From NCBI GenBank assembly GCA_019326865.1, contig GCA_019326865.1_4101.1: a stretch of DNA of 64,000 bases, one strand, 5' to 3'. A program made the position numbers and the translations under genes. The stretch comes from a phage. The number at the start of each line of letters is the position of its first letter. The first letter of the stretch is position 1. This document shows, one piece after another, positions 44,982 through 58,459 of the stretch. A model generated the notes under the pieces. That model had not been told where the DNA came from, made no database searches, and saw only the letters and a program-made list of their open reading frames with translations.

Positions 44982-46729
44982 TTATAGATGAATTGAAGAA
45001 ATTCTTAAAAAGCAAAAACAAAAAAACATGGGTTAAGTTGGTAAGCAATAATGAAGTGTATTTTAAATATGTTCGTGAATTATTCCCAACTAAACCCATG
45101 AATGAAGCATTGTATCTTATAATGAACGATATGGTATGTGCACCATCTGCCCCATGTGGCTCTGAATGTAAATTTATTAATGGTTCATATGATAAGTATT
45201 GTTCTAAGCCAACAAAACCAAACAAAAATCGTGATAATGGTTTTTGTGTAGTATGCAATGAGCATTGGAAGAACGCCAAACTCAAAAATACTAAACAAAA
45301 ATGCCTTGATGCTTATGGAGTCGAATATCATTGGCAAAGAAATGATGTGAAGGACAAAATAAAAAGTACTAATATGAAACGATATGGCGTTGAGCACAAT
45401 TCGCATATCGAACATGTTCTTGAAAAAAGAAAGGAAACCTTCATTAAAAGATATGGTGTTGAATCACCTTTAGCATCTGTTGAAATTCGTGATAAGATAA
45501 AAGCAACAAACATTGAAAAATATGGTGTTGAAAATTATGGAAGTACTGATGAATGTATAGAAAAACGAAATAAAACAATGATGGATTTATATGGTGTTAA
45601 TAATGCACAACATGTAACGAAATTTTTAAATGAATCAAAGGTTACGAAAGCTAAAATTAGGTATGATAAAATTTTATCTATTATTAACCCTTCATATAAA
45701 GAACTTTTTGAATATGATGACTTGATAGATTCAACTAATGAAAGTAAACTTCCGTATTATTGTGAAATACACAAAGGGCTGTTTTATAGTAATTATAAAT
45801 ATGGTATAGTTTGTAGTGTTTGTAATCCACCCGTGTATAGTTCCATACAAAATGAAATAAAGAATTTTGTATCAACATTGACTGAATGTGACATTATTAT
45901 GAATGATCGAAGTAATGGGTATGAATATGATATATACATCCCTGAACTCCAGATAGCAATAGAAGTTAATGGAATGTATTGGCACAAAAGTGATATGGTT
46001 GATAAGTATTATCATAGGACAAAAACAATAAATTCGATTGAACGTGGAATTAGATTGATACATATATTTGAAGATGAATGGTACAGTAAACAGGAAATTA
46101 TTAAAAATAGATTAATGAACGTTTTTCAATGTTCTAGTAAGATTTATGCCAGAAAATGTATTGTTAAAAAAATTAACACAAATATTTGTTATGATTTCTT
46201 GAACACTAATCACATACAAGGATATACTAAAACTGGAATAAACTATGGTTTGTTTTATAAACAAGAACTGATTGCAGTAATGACGTTCAGTAAAAGTCGA
46301 TATGATAAAAAATTTGAATATGAGCTAATACGATATTGCTCACGTGGAACGGTTGTTGGTGGGGCTGGTAAATTATTGTCTGCATTTGAGCGTGATTACA
46401 AACCATTGTCGTTGATGAGCTACGCAGACTTGAATTGGGGTTCTGGGCAGTTATACATATCTCTTAATTTTGAAAATTTGGGATATACCGAACCCAAATA
46501 TTTTTATTATGATCCAAAAACAAAACAGCGTTTTTCTAGACAAAAATTTAGAAAACATAAATTGATTGAAATGGGCCACGACTCATCTAAAACTGAAGAA
46601 GAGATATGCTTAGGTGAAATTGGATTGTATAAAATATACGATTCTGGCAATTGCAAATTTGCTAAATATTATTACAACATAAACATTACAGGAGATATTG
46701 AAAAATGTCCAAATCGTACAAAAAACTAA
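44978..46729 (+). CDS. multi-domain putative nuclease, paralog 3 of 3
   Basis: TTG start overlapping the upstream stop, RBS gaaggg 8 nt upstream; YGV repeats (RYGVEHNSH, RYGVESPLA, KYGVENYGS, LYGVNNAQH); core motif YDIYIPELQIAIEVNGMYWH; C-terminal domain conserved with paralogs 1 and 2. Confidence 0.7.
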   Translation: MIIDELKKFLKSKNKKTWVKLVSNNEVYFKYVRELFPTKPMNEALYLIMNDMVCAPSAPCGSECKFINGSYDKYCSKPTKPNKNRDNGFCVVCNEHWKNAKLKNTKQKCLDAYGVEYHWQRNDVKDKIKSTNMKRYGVEHNSHIEHVLEKRKETFIKRYGVESPLASVEIRDKIKATNIEKYGVENYGSTDECIEKRNKTMMDLYGVNNAQHVTKFLNESKVTKAKIRYDKILSIINPSYKELFEYDDLIDSTNESKLPYYCEIHKGLFYSNYKYGIVCSVCNPPVYSSIQNEIKNFVSTLTECDIIMNDRSNGYEYDIYIPELQIAIEVNGMYWHKSDMVDKYYHRTKTINSIERGIRLIHIFEDEWYSKQEIIKNRLMNVFQCSSKIYARKCIVKKINTNICYDFLNTNHIQGYTKTGINYGLFYKQELIAVMTFSKSRYDKKFEYELIRYCSRGTVVGGAGKLLSAFERDYKPLSLMSYADLNWGSGQLYISLNFENLGYTEPKYFYYDPKTKQRFSRQKFRKHKLIEMGHDSSKTEEEICLGEIGLYKIYDSGNCKFAKYYYNINITGDIEKCPNRTKN

Positions 46730-47340
46730 TGGAAACTGCTTCTCGTGCTGAAGCAATGAAATTCATTAAATTGAATGAATCTAACATTGAAAAGGCGGAA
46801 ATCGTCCTTTCAGTTAAAGGTGAAATTGTTGATAAATTACAACGTCAATCAGAGGTTATTAATAACATGGGTGTTGACGTATTAGGCCCACTACTAGATC
46901 GTATTAAAGCAGAACAAGGTCTAGATGCTGCTCAGAATTTTAGTGATAATGTTCGTCATCTACTACAACATGCGGTAGCCACATTGATGGATGTAAAAGA
47001 TAAAATCAGTACAGAAACACTCAAATTGACTGGTGATATTACCGATGGTCCTGATGTTTCTGATATTGGCAGTGAAGACGTTGATATTGATATTGCAGCC
47101 GATACACCAACTTTTGATATGGATGCTGATGCAGATTTTGAAGATGATATTATTTCTGAACCAGTTCCAACCGAGCGTGAAATGAAGGAATCGGTAAAAC
47201 CACGTAAAGTTGGAGTAAAAATGGAAAGTATTCGTGGTACTGTAGGTACTAAATACTTTAGTTCAAAAGATGAAATGAAAACCTGGCTCTCAGAGAATGA
47301 AAAGAAAGTCAAGCGTGTTCTAGGATATGTTAAAAAATAA
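46705..47340 (+). CDS. hypothetical protein with acidic central region
   Basis: RBS aggaga 9 nt before ATG 46705; overlaps the end of paralog 3 by 25 nt. Confidence 0.45.
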   Translation: MSKSYKKLMETASRAEAMKFIKLNESNIEKAEIVLSVKGEIVDKLQRQSEVINNMGVDVLGPLLDRIKAEQGLDAAQNFSDNVRHLLQHAVATLMDVKDKISTETLKLTGDITDGPDVSDIGSEDVDIDIAADTPTFDMDADADFEDDIISEPVPTEREMKESVKPRKVGVKMESIRGTVGTKYFSSKDEMKTWLSENEKKVKRVLGYVKK

Positions 47341-47356
47341 TTAAGGATAAATCTAC

Positions 47357-47692
47357 ATGAGATTTAGTGATCTTACTGAAGAGGCTCCTGGTAAGGATAT
47401 ACGCAATATGATTACTACTATTGCGTTGTCTTTAATGTCAACGGGCCGAGAAGATGTAAATGTTCAATCTTTGATTTCAGAAATCAAAAAGAGAACTAAT
47501 ATTGATGTTCCATACAATGTAATGATGGATATTTTGAATTCCCTTCCTTTTGTACAGGATGCCAATTCCGATGTTGTAACTTTTGTTGGAAATTCAGAAG
47601 AAGGTTCAGGTGAATTAGAACAAGATTCTGAAGATCAAGTTGAAGATTGGGCAACAAAAGCTGCGGTGTCAGCAAATAAACAAAAAAACTGA
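47357..47692 (+). CDS. hypothetical protein
   Basis: 111-aa ORF. Confidence 0.4.
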   Translation: MRFSDLTEEAPGKDIRNMITTIALSLMSTGREDVNVQSLISEIKKRTNIDVPYNVMMDILNSLPFVQDANSDVVTFVGNSEEGSGELEQDSEDQVEDWATKAAVSANKQKN

Positions 47693-47718
47693 GACAAATA
47701 AAAATATAATGCTATAAT
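47690..47718 (+). promoter_or_regulatory. promoter TGAGAC-N17-TGcTATAAT
   Basis: tgagac at 47690-47695 and tgctataat at 47710-47718. Confidence 0.55.
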
Positions 47719-47731
47719 TAGGAGTACACGG

Positions 47732-48451
47732 ATGTACACACCACCAATTGTTAGCAGATATACATATGTTGGTTATAATAGAATTGAAGGCGGCCCCGAA
47801 GGTCGCCTTTATTCAACTCCAACGGGTAATCTGCCGTCAGTAACAACAATTCTAAGTGCGACCTCAAATGATGAGGGATTAAAGAAGTGGAGAGAATTTG
47901 TTGGTGAAGAAAAGGCTAATGAAATTACATTAGAAGCATGTACTGTTGGTACTTTTATGCATGAGAACTTAGAATTTAGATTAGAAGGTAAACCAGATCA
48001 TGAAGGTGGGATGCCAATCCGAGTTCTTGCACGTAGAATGGCTGATAAGATTCAGCAAGAGGCATGGCCTAGAATTAATGAAGTGTGGGGACAGGAAGTT
48101 CCATTATACTATGAAGGGTTATGGGCTGGAACTACAGACCTAGTGGGTGTTCATGATGGAATTCCCACCATTATGGATTATAAAAATTCTCGCAAGGTTA
48201 AGAATTGGGCACAAATTGAAAATTATCGTATGCAGATTGCAGCGTATGCATTAGCACATAATCAAATGTTTGGGACGAATATTGAACGTGGTGTGATTTT
48301 CATCTGTGTAAGAAAAGATCCTAATAATCTACAATATCAAGAGTTTGTTATTGAAGGACAAGACTTCAAGGATGCTGTTAATATGTGGATTGAGCGTGTT
48401 GAGCAATACTATATTTTGCGTGGAGAAATTGAATCAAATGGAGCAGCATAA
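47732..48451 (+). CDS. putative PD-(D/E)xK-family nuclease (tentative)
   Basis: GTTDLVGVHDGIPTIMDYKNSRK resembles a D...(D/E)xK core; RBS aggag upstream. Confidence 0.4.
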   Translation: MYTPPIVSRYTYVGYNRIEGGPEGRLYSTPTGNLPSVTTILSATSNDEGLKKWREFVGEEKANEITLEACTVGTFMHENLEFRLEGKPDHEGGMPIRVLARRMADKIQQEAWPRINEVWGQEVPLYYEGLWAGTTDLVGVHDGIPTIMDYKNSRKVKNWAQIENYRMQIAAYALAHNQMFGTNIERGVIFICVRKDPNNLQYQEFVIEGQDFKDAVNMWIERVEQYYILRGEIESNGAA

Positions 48452-48992
48452 AAAAATGAAACAAGACCTATATACAATTCGTGCATTGGAAAGTAAAGGG
48501 TATAATTTGGAAGAAATCATTAAACTGAGTGAACAAGAAATTGATAATCTTGATTTATCACATAAACTGATTCTAAATATCAAAGATTATAAACAGCGTG
48601 GTGCAAAACCAGTAGAAGAAATTAAAGAACAAATTGCACAAGATATTAGTATCGATGAGGTATCACGCAATGTCCCGCCAGAAGTAATTCAAGAGTATGC
48701 TGTTAATAGTGATGAGCAATTGAAAGTTTCTGAAGAAGTTGAAACTATTACAGAAGAACTTACCCCTGAAGTAGAAGAAGATGAAATTGTTATTGAGCGT
48801 GTAGTTTCTTCTAAAGAAGATTTGGATATTATCAAAGAAGCACTACAAACAAAAGAACTTAAAAGTGTATCCAGTTATGTAAAACATCTAAAATCTCTAG
48901 TTCCAGAACAAATTCTCTCTTCTGTAGATAGCTCAGTTGTATCACAACTAATCAATGAGCGTATTACTGAAGTTAAAGAAAAAGCTAAATAA
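48438..48992 (+). CDS. hypothetical acidic protein
   Basis: Internal ATG 48438 chosen to avoid a long overlap with the upstream gene; start uncertain. Confidence 0.4.
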   Translation: MEQHKKMKQDLYTIRALESKGYNLEEIIKLSEQEIDNLDLSHKLILNIKDYKQRGAKPVEEIKEQIAQDISIDEVSRNVPPEVIQEYAVNSDEQLKVSEEVETITEELTPEVEEDEIVIERVVSSKEDLDIIKEALQTKELKSVSSYVKHLKSLVPEQILSSVDSSVVSQLINERITEVKEKAK

Positions 48993-49020
48993 TCCTATAA
49001 TACTATAGGAGATGGTTTTT

Positions 49021-49602
49021 ATGGCACAACAACAAATTGCGTTACAACAAGTAAGAACTGGTAAACAGCGAGATTTACCAGATGCATTAGAAAAAGGTCA
49101 GATTGGATTCAGTACTGATGTGGGTCGTGTTTTCATCGGTCTTCCATCATCATCTGACCCTGCCAGTTTAGTTGCTGGTAGAACGTGGACAACTGACCCT
49201 AATTCGGGTAAAGAAAACGTTGAAATAATTACAGAATTTTCGCCGTGGCGAACGGTTTCTAAAATAATCAACAGACCGTTTAAAGTTGACCTTCCACTAA
49301 ATCAAGAAAAAATTGAAGTTATTCTTGAAAGTGATAGTCGAGTGTTTATTGATTATATTGCATATGATGATTCTGAAGAAGTATTGGAATCTGGAACCGT
49401 GCAAATTGTAACTATTGGAAACAAATCAATGTTTGCACAGTCTAATAATACAAATCGAAATGATGCAATTATCTCGATTTCATTTGAAGATCCTGCATAT
49501 GATTCCACAACTGGAAATATGCAATTTAACATAGTAAATTCGGATTATTTAAATTCAGGATATCATATAGAATTTGTATATCGTGGGTGGGACAAACCTT
49601 AA
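49021..49602 (+). CDS. hypothetical protein
   Basis: RBS aggag before ATG 49021. Confidence 0.4.
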   Translation: MAQQQIALQQVRTGKQRDLPDALEKGQIGFSTDVGRVFIGLPSSSDPASLVAGRTWTTDPNSGKENVEIITEFSPWRTVSKIINRPFKVDLPLNQEKIEVILESDSRVFIDYIAYDDSEEVLESGTVQIVTIGNKSMFAQSNNTNRNDAIISISFEDPAYDSTTGNMQFNIVNSDYLNSGYHIEFVYRGWDKP

Positions 49603-49625
49603 AAGGCGGTCCCGCCTTTTTCTTC
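49602..49625 (+). terminator. rho-independent terminator
   Basis: aaaggcgg-tc-ccgccttt hairpin followed by ttcttcc. Confidence 0.65.
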
Positions 49626-49668
49626 CACTAAAAAAAGAAATTTACATCAAAAAAAACAAGGATGACAC

Positions 49669-51987
49669 ATGATTAACGTAACCAAGCGTAATGGAATGAA
49701 AGAACCGTTATCATTGGATAAGATCCATCAGATTTTATTTTTCGCTGCTGAAGGTCTAAGTGGTATTTCAGTTTCTGAAATTGAAATTCGTGCACAACTT
49801 CAGTTTTATGAAGGTATTGAAACTAGTACTATTCATGATATTCTGATTAAAGCAGCCGCAGAACTTATTTCAGAAGATACACCAAATTACCAATATGTTG
49901 CTGGTAGATTATTAAACTATAGTATTCGTAAGCAAGTATATGGGCAGTATGACCCGATTAAATATGCTGCTCATCTTCAAGAAATGGTTGATATCAAAAT
50001 ATATGATCCTGAAATTCTTGAAAAATATACTCTTCAAGAAATAGAAGAGCTTGGGCGTTATATCAAACATAAACGTGACGATAAATTTACTTATGTTGCA
50101 ATGCGACAATGGGAAGGAAAATACCTTTACAAAAACCGCGTTACTAAGAAAATTTATGAAACTCCACAAATGGCATATATGACTATTGCCGCAATCATTT
50201 TTATGGAGTATGATCGTTCCGTTCGTATGTCATATGTTAAAAAGTTTTATGATGCAGTAAGTAACTTTGACATTAGTCTTCCTACACCTATTATGGCTGG
50301 TCTACGTACAAACACACGTCAGTTTAGCTCTTGTGTAGTTCTAAATGTTGGTGACAGCTTGGATAGTATTGGTTCATCTAACCACGCCATTCTACGTTAT
50401 ATTTCACGTAAAGCTGGTCTTGGTATTAATATGGGCCGCATTCGTGCCTTGGATTCCGAGATTCGTTCAGGTGATGCAGTACATACTGGATTGATTCCGT
50501 TCATTGCAGCTACTGCTAAAACTGTTAAAAGCTGTTCACAAGGTGGTGTTCGTGGTGGAGCAGCAACTGTTCACTTCCCATTGTGGCATTTGGAATTTGA
50601 TAACTTGGTAGTTCTTAAAAACAACAAAGGAACTGAGTTTAACCGTGTACGTCAACTGGACTATTGTTTCCAAGTAAACAAAACTTTGTATCAACGTTTG
50701 GTTGATGGAAAGAATATCACGTTCTTTAGTCCTAATGAAGTTCCTGGGTTATATGATGCATTCTGCTCTGATCAAAAAGAATTTGAAAAGCTATATAAAA
50801 AATACGAATCTGACCAAAGCATCCGTAAAAAATCCGTACCTGCTGTTGAAGTATTCAGTACTTTAATGACGGAACGTGCAGAAACTGGTCGTATCTATAT
50901 TCAAAATATTGACCATACAAACACACACTCAACATTTATTGAATCAAATGCTCCTATCGAGCAATCCAACTTGTGTCAGGAAATCGCACTACCATCTGTG
51001 CCATTTGATGATATTAATACTGGTAAAGGTTTGATTAGTTTATGTACCTTGAGTGCAATCAACTGGGGTAACTTTGACCGTCCAGAAGAGATGGAAACTG
51101 CATGTGATCTTTCTGTTCGTGCTCTTGACTCACTTTTAGACTATCAAGACTATCCAGTAGTTCATGCGGATCGAGCAACAAAAATGTATCGTCCACTAGG
51201 TGTTGGTATTATTAACTTTGCCTATTTCCTTGCTAAACGTGGTTTACGTTATAATGAAGCTGCACTGGAAACAGTTAACGAATGGGCTGAAGCATGGTCT
51301 TACTATCTAATTAAATCGTCTGTACAGCTTGCTAAAGAGAAAGGTAAATGTGAAGGATTTGATAATCTAAAATATGCCAAAGGTATCCTTCCAATTGATA
51401 CTTATAAATCTGATATTGATGAATTAGTAACTAAAGAACTAAAACAAGATTGGGAATCTTTGCGTGAAGATATCAAAGAATATGGCATTCGTAACGCAAC
51501 AACCATGGCATTAATGCCAGCAGAAACAAGTGCACAAATCAGTAACAGTACTAACGGTATTGAAAAACCACGTTCTCTCGTAACTAAGAAACTATCTAAG
51601 GATGGTATTCTTAAACAAGTAGTTCCTGAAATTAATAAATTAAAAAACAAATATGATTTATTATGGGAACAAAAAGATAACATTGGTTATCTACAAATTT
51701 GTGGTGTTCTACAAAAATACATTGACCAAAGCATCAGTGTTAATACCAGTTATAACCCAGCACACTTCCCTGATGGGAAGTTGCCAATGTCGACTCTCCT
51801 AACTGAGCTTATGTATGCATATAAGGTTGGTTTGAAAAATCTTTATTATCATAATACAAATGATGGTTCAGATGAAGTAGACGTTGAAAAAGTACTGAAA
51901 GAAGCTGCAAAACCAGAATCAGGGCAGTTCGTGTTACCTACACTATCGGACTTAGATGAAGGTGATTGTGATAGTTGTAAAATCTAA
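49669..51987 (+). CDS. nrdA: ribonucleotide reductase class I alpha subunit
   Basis: N-terminal ATP-cone-like start MINVTKRNGMKEPLSLDKI; 772 aa with conserved catalytic-region Cys; paired with nrdB downstream. Confidence 0.85.
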   Translation: MINVTKRNGMKEPLSLDKIHQILFFAAEGLSGISVSEIEIRAQLQFYEGIETSTIHDILIKAAAELISEDTPNYQYVAGRLLNYSIRKQVYGQYDPIKYAAHLQEMVDIKIYDPEILEKYTLQEIEELGRYIKHKRDDKFTYVAMRQWEGKYLYKNRVTKKIYETPQMAYMTIAAIIFMEYDRSVRMSYVKKFYDAVSNFDISLPTPIMAGLRTNTRQFSSCVVLNVGDSLDSIGSSNHAILRYISRKAGLGINMGRIRALDSEIRSGDAVHTGLIPFIAATAKTVKSCSQGGVRGGAATVHFPLWHLEFDNLVVLKNNKGTEFNRVRQLDYCFQVNKTLYQRLVDGKNITFFSPNEVPGLYDAFCSDQKEFEKLYKKYESDQSIRKKSVPAVEVFSTLMTERAETGRIYIQNIDHTNTHSTFIESNAPIEQSNLCQEIALPSVPFDDINTGKGLISLCTLSAINWGNFDRPEEMETACDLSVRALDSLLDYQDYPVVHADRATKMYRPLGVGIINFAYFLAKRGLRYNEAALETVNEWAEAWSYYLIKSSVQLAKEKGKCEGFDNLKYAKGILPIDTYKSDIDELVTKELKQDWESLREDIKEYGIRNATTMALMPAETSAQISNSTNGIEKPRSLVTKKLSKDGILKQVVPEINKLKNKYDLLWEQKDNIGYLQICGVLQKYIDQSISVNTSYNPAHFPDGKLPMSTLLTELMYAYKVGLKNLYYHNTNDGSDEVDVEKVLKEAAKPESGQFVLPTLSDLDEGDCDSCKI

Positions 51988-51992
51988 ATAAA

Positions 51993-52021
51993 AAAATCCC
52001 GCTTCGGCGGGATTATTTTTA
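51993..52021 (+). terminator. rho-independent terminator
   Basis: aatcccgc-ttcg-gcgggatt hairpin followed by attttt. Confidence 0.8.
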
Positions 52022-52034
52022 ACGGAGTGATATA

Positions 52035-52808
52035 ATGAAAGTTGATTATTTTAAACCAATTAATATTGGTTTCATTGAGGAATTTTGGGATGATTTGGAC
52101 ATGGATATGATTGTTCGCCATCAAAAGCTTCCAGACGATTTCATTAAGAAGCATTTTGATAAAATGAACCCTAACATGTTGGCTCGTTATCAAACTATGT
52201 CAATTGATTTCTTAAAAGAAAAGTGGGAATGGTTCGATAAGAACGTTCTGGCAACATATGTTGTCATGCCACTGGAACTCATTAAAGAAAAGTGGGATGA
52301 TTTTAAAGATAACTGTCTTGGAACAGTTGCAAAATACCAAAAAATGTCATTGGATTTTATACAAGAAAAATGGGATGACTTTGTAGAGTTTAAAGATGGT
52401 GTAATGTCAGAAATCTCTCGTTACCAAAAATTAACTCTGGATTTCATTCAAGATAAGTGGGAATATATAGATAAGAATTATATTTCTTATTATCAAACTT
52501 TAACTGTTGATTTCATCAAAGATAACTTAACAGAACTGAACATTGCTGCGGTATCTGCATTCCAAATTATTTCTGATGATGTTCGAAATCTTATGGGATT
52601 GGCTGCACCAGCAGCAACCATTACCGGAAACCAAATATTATCTCTAGACCCATGTGTGGATGGTATGGCACGATATAACGCCCATACTCCTGATAACACA
52701 ACAGTACTGACATGGAATGAATTATTACAAAAACACTTGGGTACACAGGACGGAATTCGTGATATCCATTGGTTGTCTTATAAACTAGGACATAACATCA
52801 ATACATAA
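52035..52808 (+). CDS. tandem-repeat protein (about seven ~23-29-aa repeats, consensus (R/K)YQxLSLDFIxEKWDxFDKNxL)
   Basis: Repeats RHQKLPDDFIKKHFDKMNPNMLA / RYQTMSIDFLKEKWEWFDKNVLA / KYQKMSLDFIQEKWDDFVEF... / RYQKLTLDFIQDKWEYIDKNYIS / YYQTLTVDFIKDNLTELNIAAVS. Confidence 0.6.
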   Translation: MKVDYFKPINIGFIEEFWDDLDMDMIVRHQKLPDDFIKKHFDKMNPNMLARYQTMSIDFLKEKWEWFDKNVLATYVVMPLELIKEKWDDFKDNCLGTVAKYQKMSLDFIQEKWDDFVEFKDGVMSEISRYQKLTLDFIQDKWEYIDKNYISYYQTLTVDFIKDNLTELNIAAVSAFQIISDDVRNLMGLAAPAATITGNQILSLDPCVDGMARYNAHTPDNTTVLTWNELLQKHLGTQDGIRDIHWLSYKLGHNINT

Positions 52809-52827
52809 TATATAAGGAAATATATAA

Positions 52828-53952
52828 ATGTCCGTTTTTAAAATTAACGAAAAATCACACTTAGAAAAAAATATGTTTTTTGATGAAAGTGTTGACATTC
52901 AACGATTTGAAAGTGTAAAATATTCAGCACTAGAGAAACTAACTGAACAACAAAAAAGTTTCTTCTGGACCCCAGGAGAAGTTGATGTATCTAAAGATAA
53001 AATTGATTTTGCCAACCTTAATGATTCAGAGAAGCACATTTTTACCTCTAACTTGAAACGTCAAATTCTTCTTGATTCTGTACAAGGTCGTGGTCCAAAC
53101 CTAATGCTACTACCATATGCATCACTACCTGAATTAGAGAACTTTATTGAGACATGGGCATTCTTTGAAGGTGCGATTCATAGTAAATCATATACTCATA
53201 TTATTCGTAACATTTACCCTAATCCATCTGAAGTGTTTGATACTATGTTGGACATTCCAGAAATCACAGATTGTGCGGCTGATGTGTCTAAGTATTATGA
53301 TGAACTGGATGAGCTAGGTACATGGTATAAAGTACTGGGTGAAGGAACTCACAATGTCAATGGTAAAACTATTGTTGTTGATATGTACGAACTTAAAAAG
53401 AAAATGTGGTTGTGTCTGAATAGTATTAACATCCTTGAGGGTGTGCGTTTTTACGCTAGTTTTGCCTGTTCGTGGGCCTACGCCGAAAACAAGCTTATGG
53501 AAGGTAATGCCAAAATTATTCGTCTAATTTGTCGTGATGAAAATTTACACTTAGCGGCAACACAAATGATTCTTCGCCTACTTAAGAAAGAAGATCTAGA
53601 CTTTGCAAAAATTGCAGAAGAGTGTTATGATGAAGTACTGGAAATGTTCATGTCTGCAATCCGTCAAGAAGAAGCTTGGGCAGATTTCCTCTTTAAAGAT
53701 GGTTCAATCATTGGACTAAATGCAGAAATCCTAAAACAATATGTTCGCTGGATTGGTTCTAAGCGTATGTCAGCACTAGGAATTAAATGTCCATATACTG
53801 TATCTAAGAGTAACCCACTACCTTGGACTGAGCATTGGGTTAGTGGTGGTTCAGTACAAGTTGCACCGCAAGAAACTGAAATAAGTTCTTACATCATTGG
53901 TGGTATTGTTAATGATATCCAAGGAGATACATTCACGCCATTCAAACTATAA
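52828..53952 (+). CDS. nrdB: ribonucleotide reductase class I beta subunit
   Basis: Ferritin-like layout with FFWTPGEVDVSKD and ILEGVRFYASFACSWAYAE. Confidence 0.85.
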   Translation: MSVFKINEKSHLEKNMFFDESVDIQRFESVKYSALEKLTEQQKSFFWTPGEVDVSKDKIDFANLNDSEKHIFTSNLKRQILLDSVQGRGPNLMLLPYASLPELENFIETWAFFEGAIHSKSYTHIIRNIYPNPSEVFDTMLDIPEITDCAADVSKYYDELDELGTWYKVLGEGTHNVNGKTIVVDMYELKKKMWLCLNSINILEGVRFYASFACSWAYAENKLMEGNAKIIRLICRDENLHLAATQMILRLLKKEDLDFAKIAEECYDEVLEMFMSAIRQEEAWADFLFKDGSIIGLNAEILKQYVRWIGSKRMSALGIKCPYTVSKSNPLPWTEHWVSGGSVQVAPQETEISSYIIGGIVNDIQGDTFTPFKL

Positions 53953-53963
53953 ATTAAAACTAA

Positions 53964-53990
53964 AAAGGGATTCATAGAATCCCTTTTCTT
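53964..53990 (+). terminator. rho-independent terminator
   Basis: agggattc-ata-gaatccct hairpin followed by tttctt. Confidence 0.75.
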
Positions 53991-54003
53991 ATGGGTATTA
54001 TAT

Positions 54004-54171
54004 ATGAAAGATATTTTTACAATAGATGCAAACGTTATATATGATTTTTATCTTACTGGTGGTGTGAAGGTAACGGGTACAGTGATTGATGTTTGTGATA
54101 ATGGTATAATCTTAAGTGATGGAACTAGAGTTGTCCAAACACACATCATTATGTTTGTTCCACATGTATGA
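54004..54171 (+). CDS. small ORF (55 aa) with Sm/Hfq-like strand pattern; tentative
   Basis: Below the ORF-track cutoff; MKDIFTIDANVIYDFYLTGGVKVTGTVIDVCDNGIILSDGTRVVQTHIIMFVPHV resembles the Hfq pattern G.K..G.I...D...I.L.....Q.V.KH.I....P; no clear RBS. Confidence 0.3.
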   Translation: MKDIFTIDANVIYDFYLTGGVKVTGTVIDVCDNGIILSDGTRVVQTHIIMFVPHV

Positions 54172-54177
54172 TTTTTT

Positions 54178-54207
54178 TGGAACAAAACAGAATAAATGTG
54201 CTATAAT
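54178..54207 (+). promoter_or_regulatory. promoter TGGAAC-N18-TGcTATAAT
   Basis: tggaac at 54178-54183 and tgctataat at 54199-54207. Confidence 0.45.
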
Positions 54208-54223
54208 GAATTTTGTAAAATAA

Positions 54224-55606
<1,383 letters not shown>

Positions 55607-55607
55607 T

Positions 55608-55640
<33 letters not shown>

Positions 55641-55641
55641 C

Positions 55642-57044
<1,403 letters not shown>

Positions 57045-57129
57045 TGTTAATCTCCAATCTTATTGTTATTTTTATAAAGTATTTACCCATTTTTATGTTT
57101 TATATAGTTTATATGGAGAAGGAAGTAAT

Positions 57130-58432
<1,303 letters not shown>

Positions 58433-58459
58433 CTTGAAATGTAGAAATCAGTCGAGGGA

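Noticed and set aside
49669-53952. Looked for a group I intron or intein in nrdA and nrdB, and an intron in the polymerase gene
   Set aside because: nrdA, nrdB and the polymerase are single uninterrupted ORFs of normal length with motifs in order; the only split gene found is the terminase.
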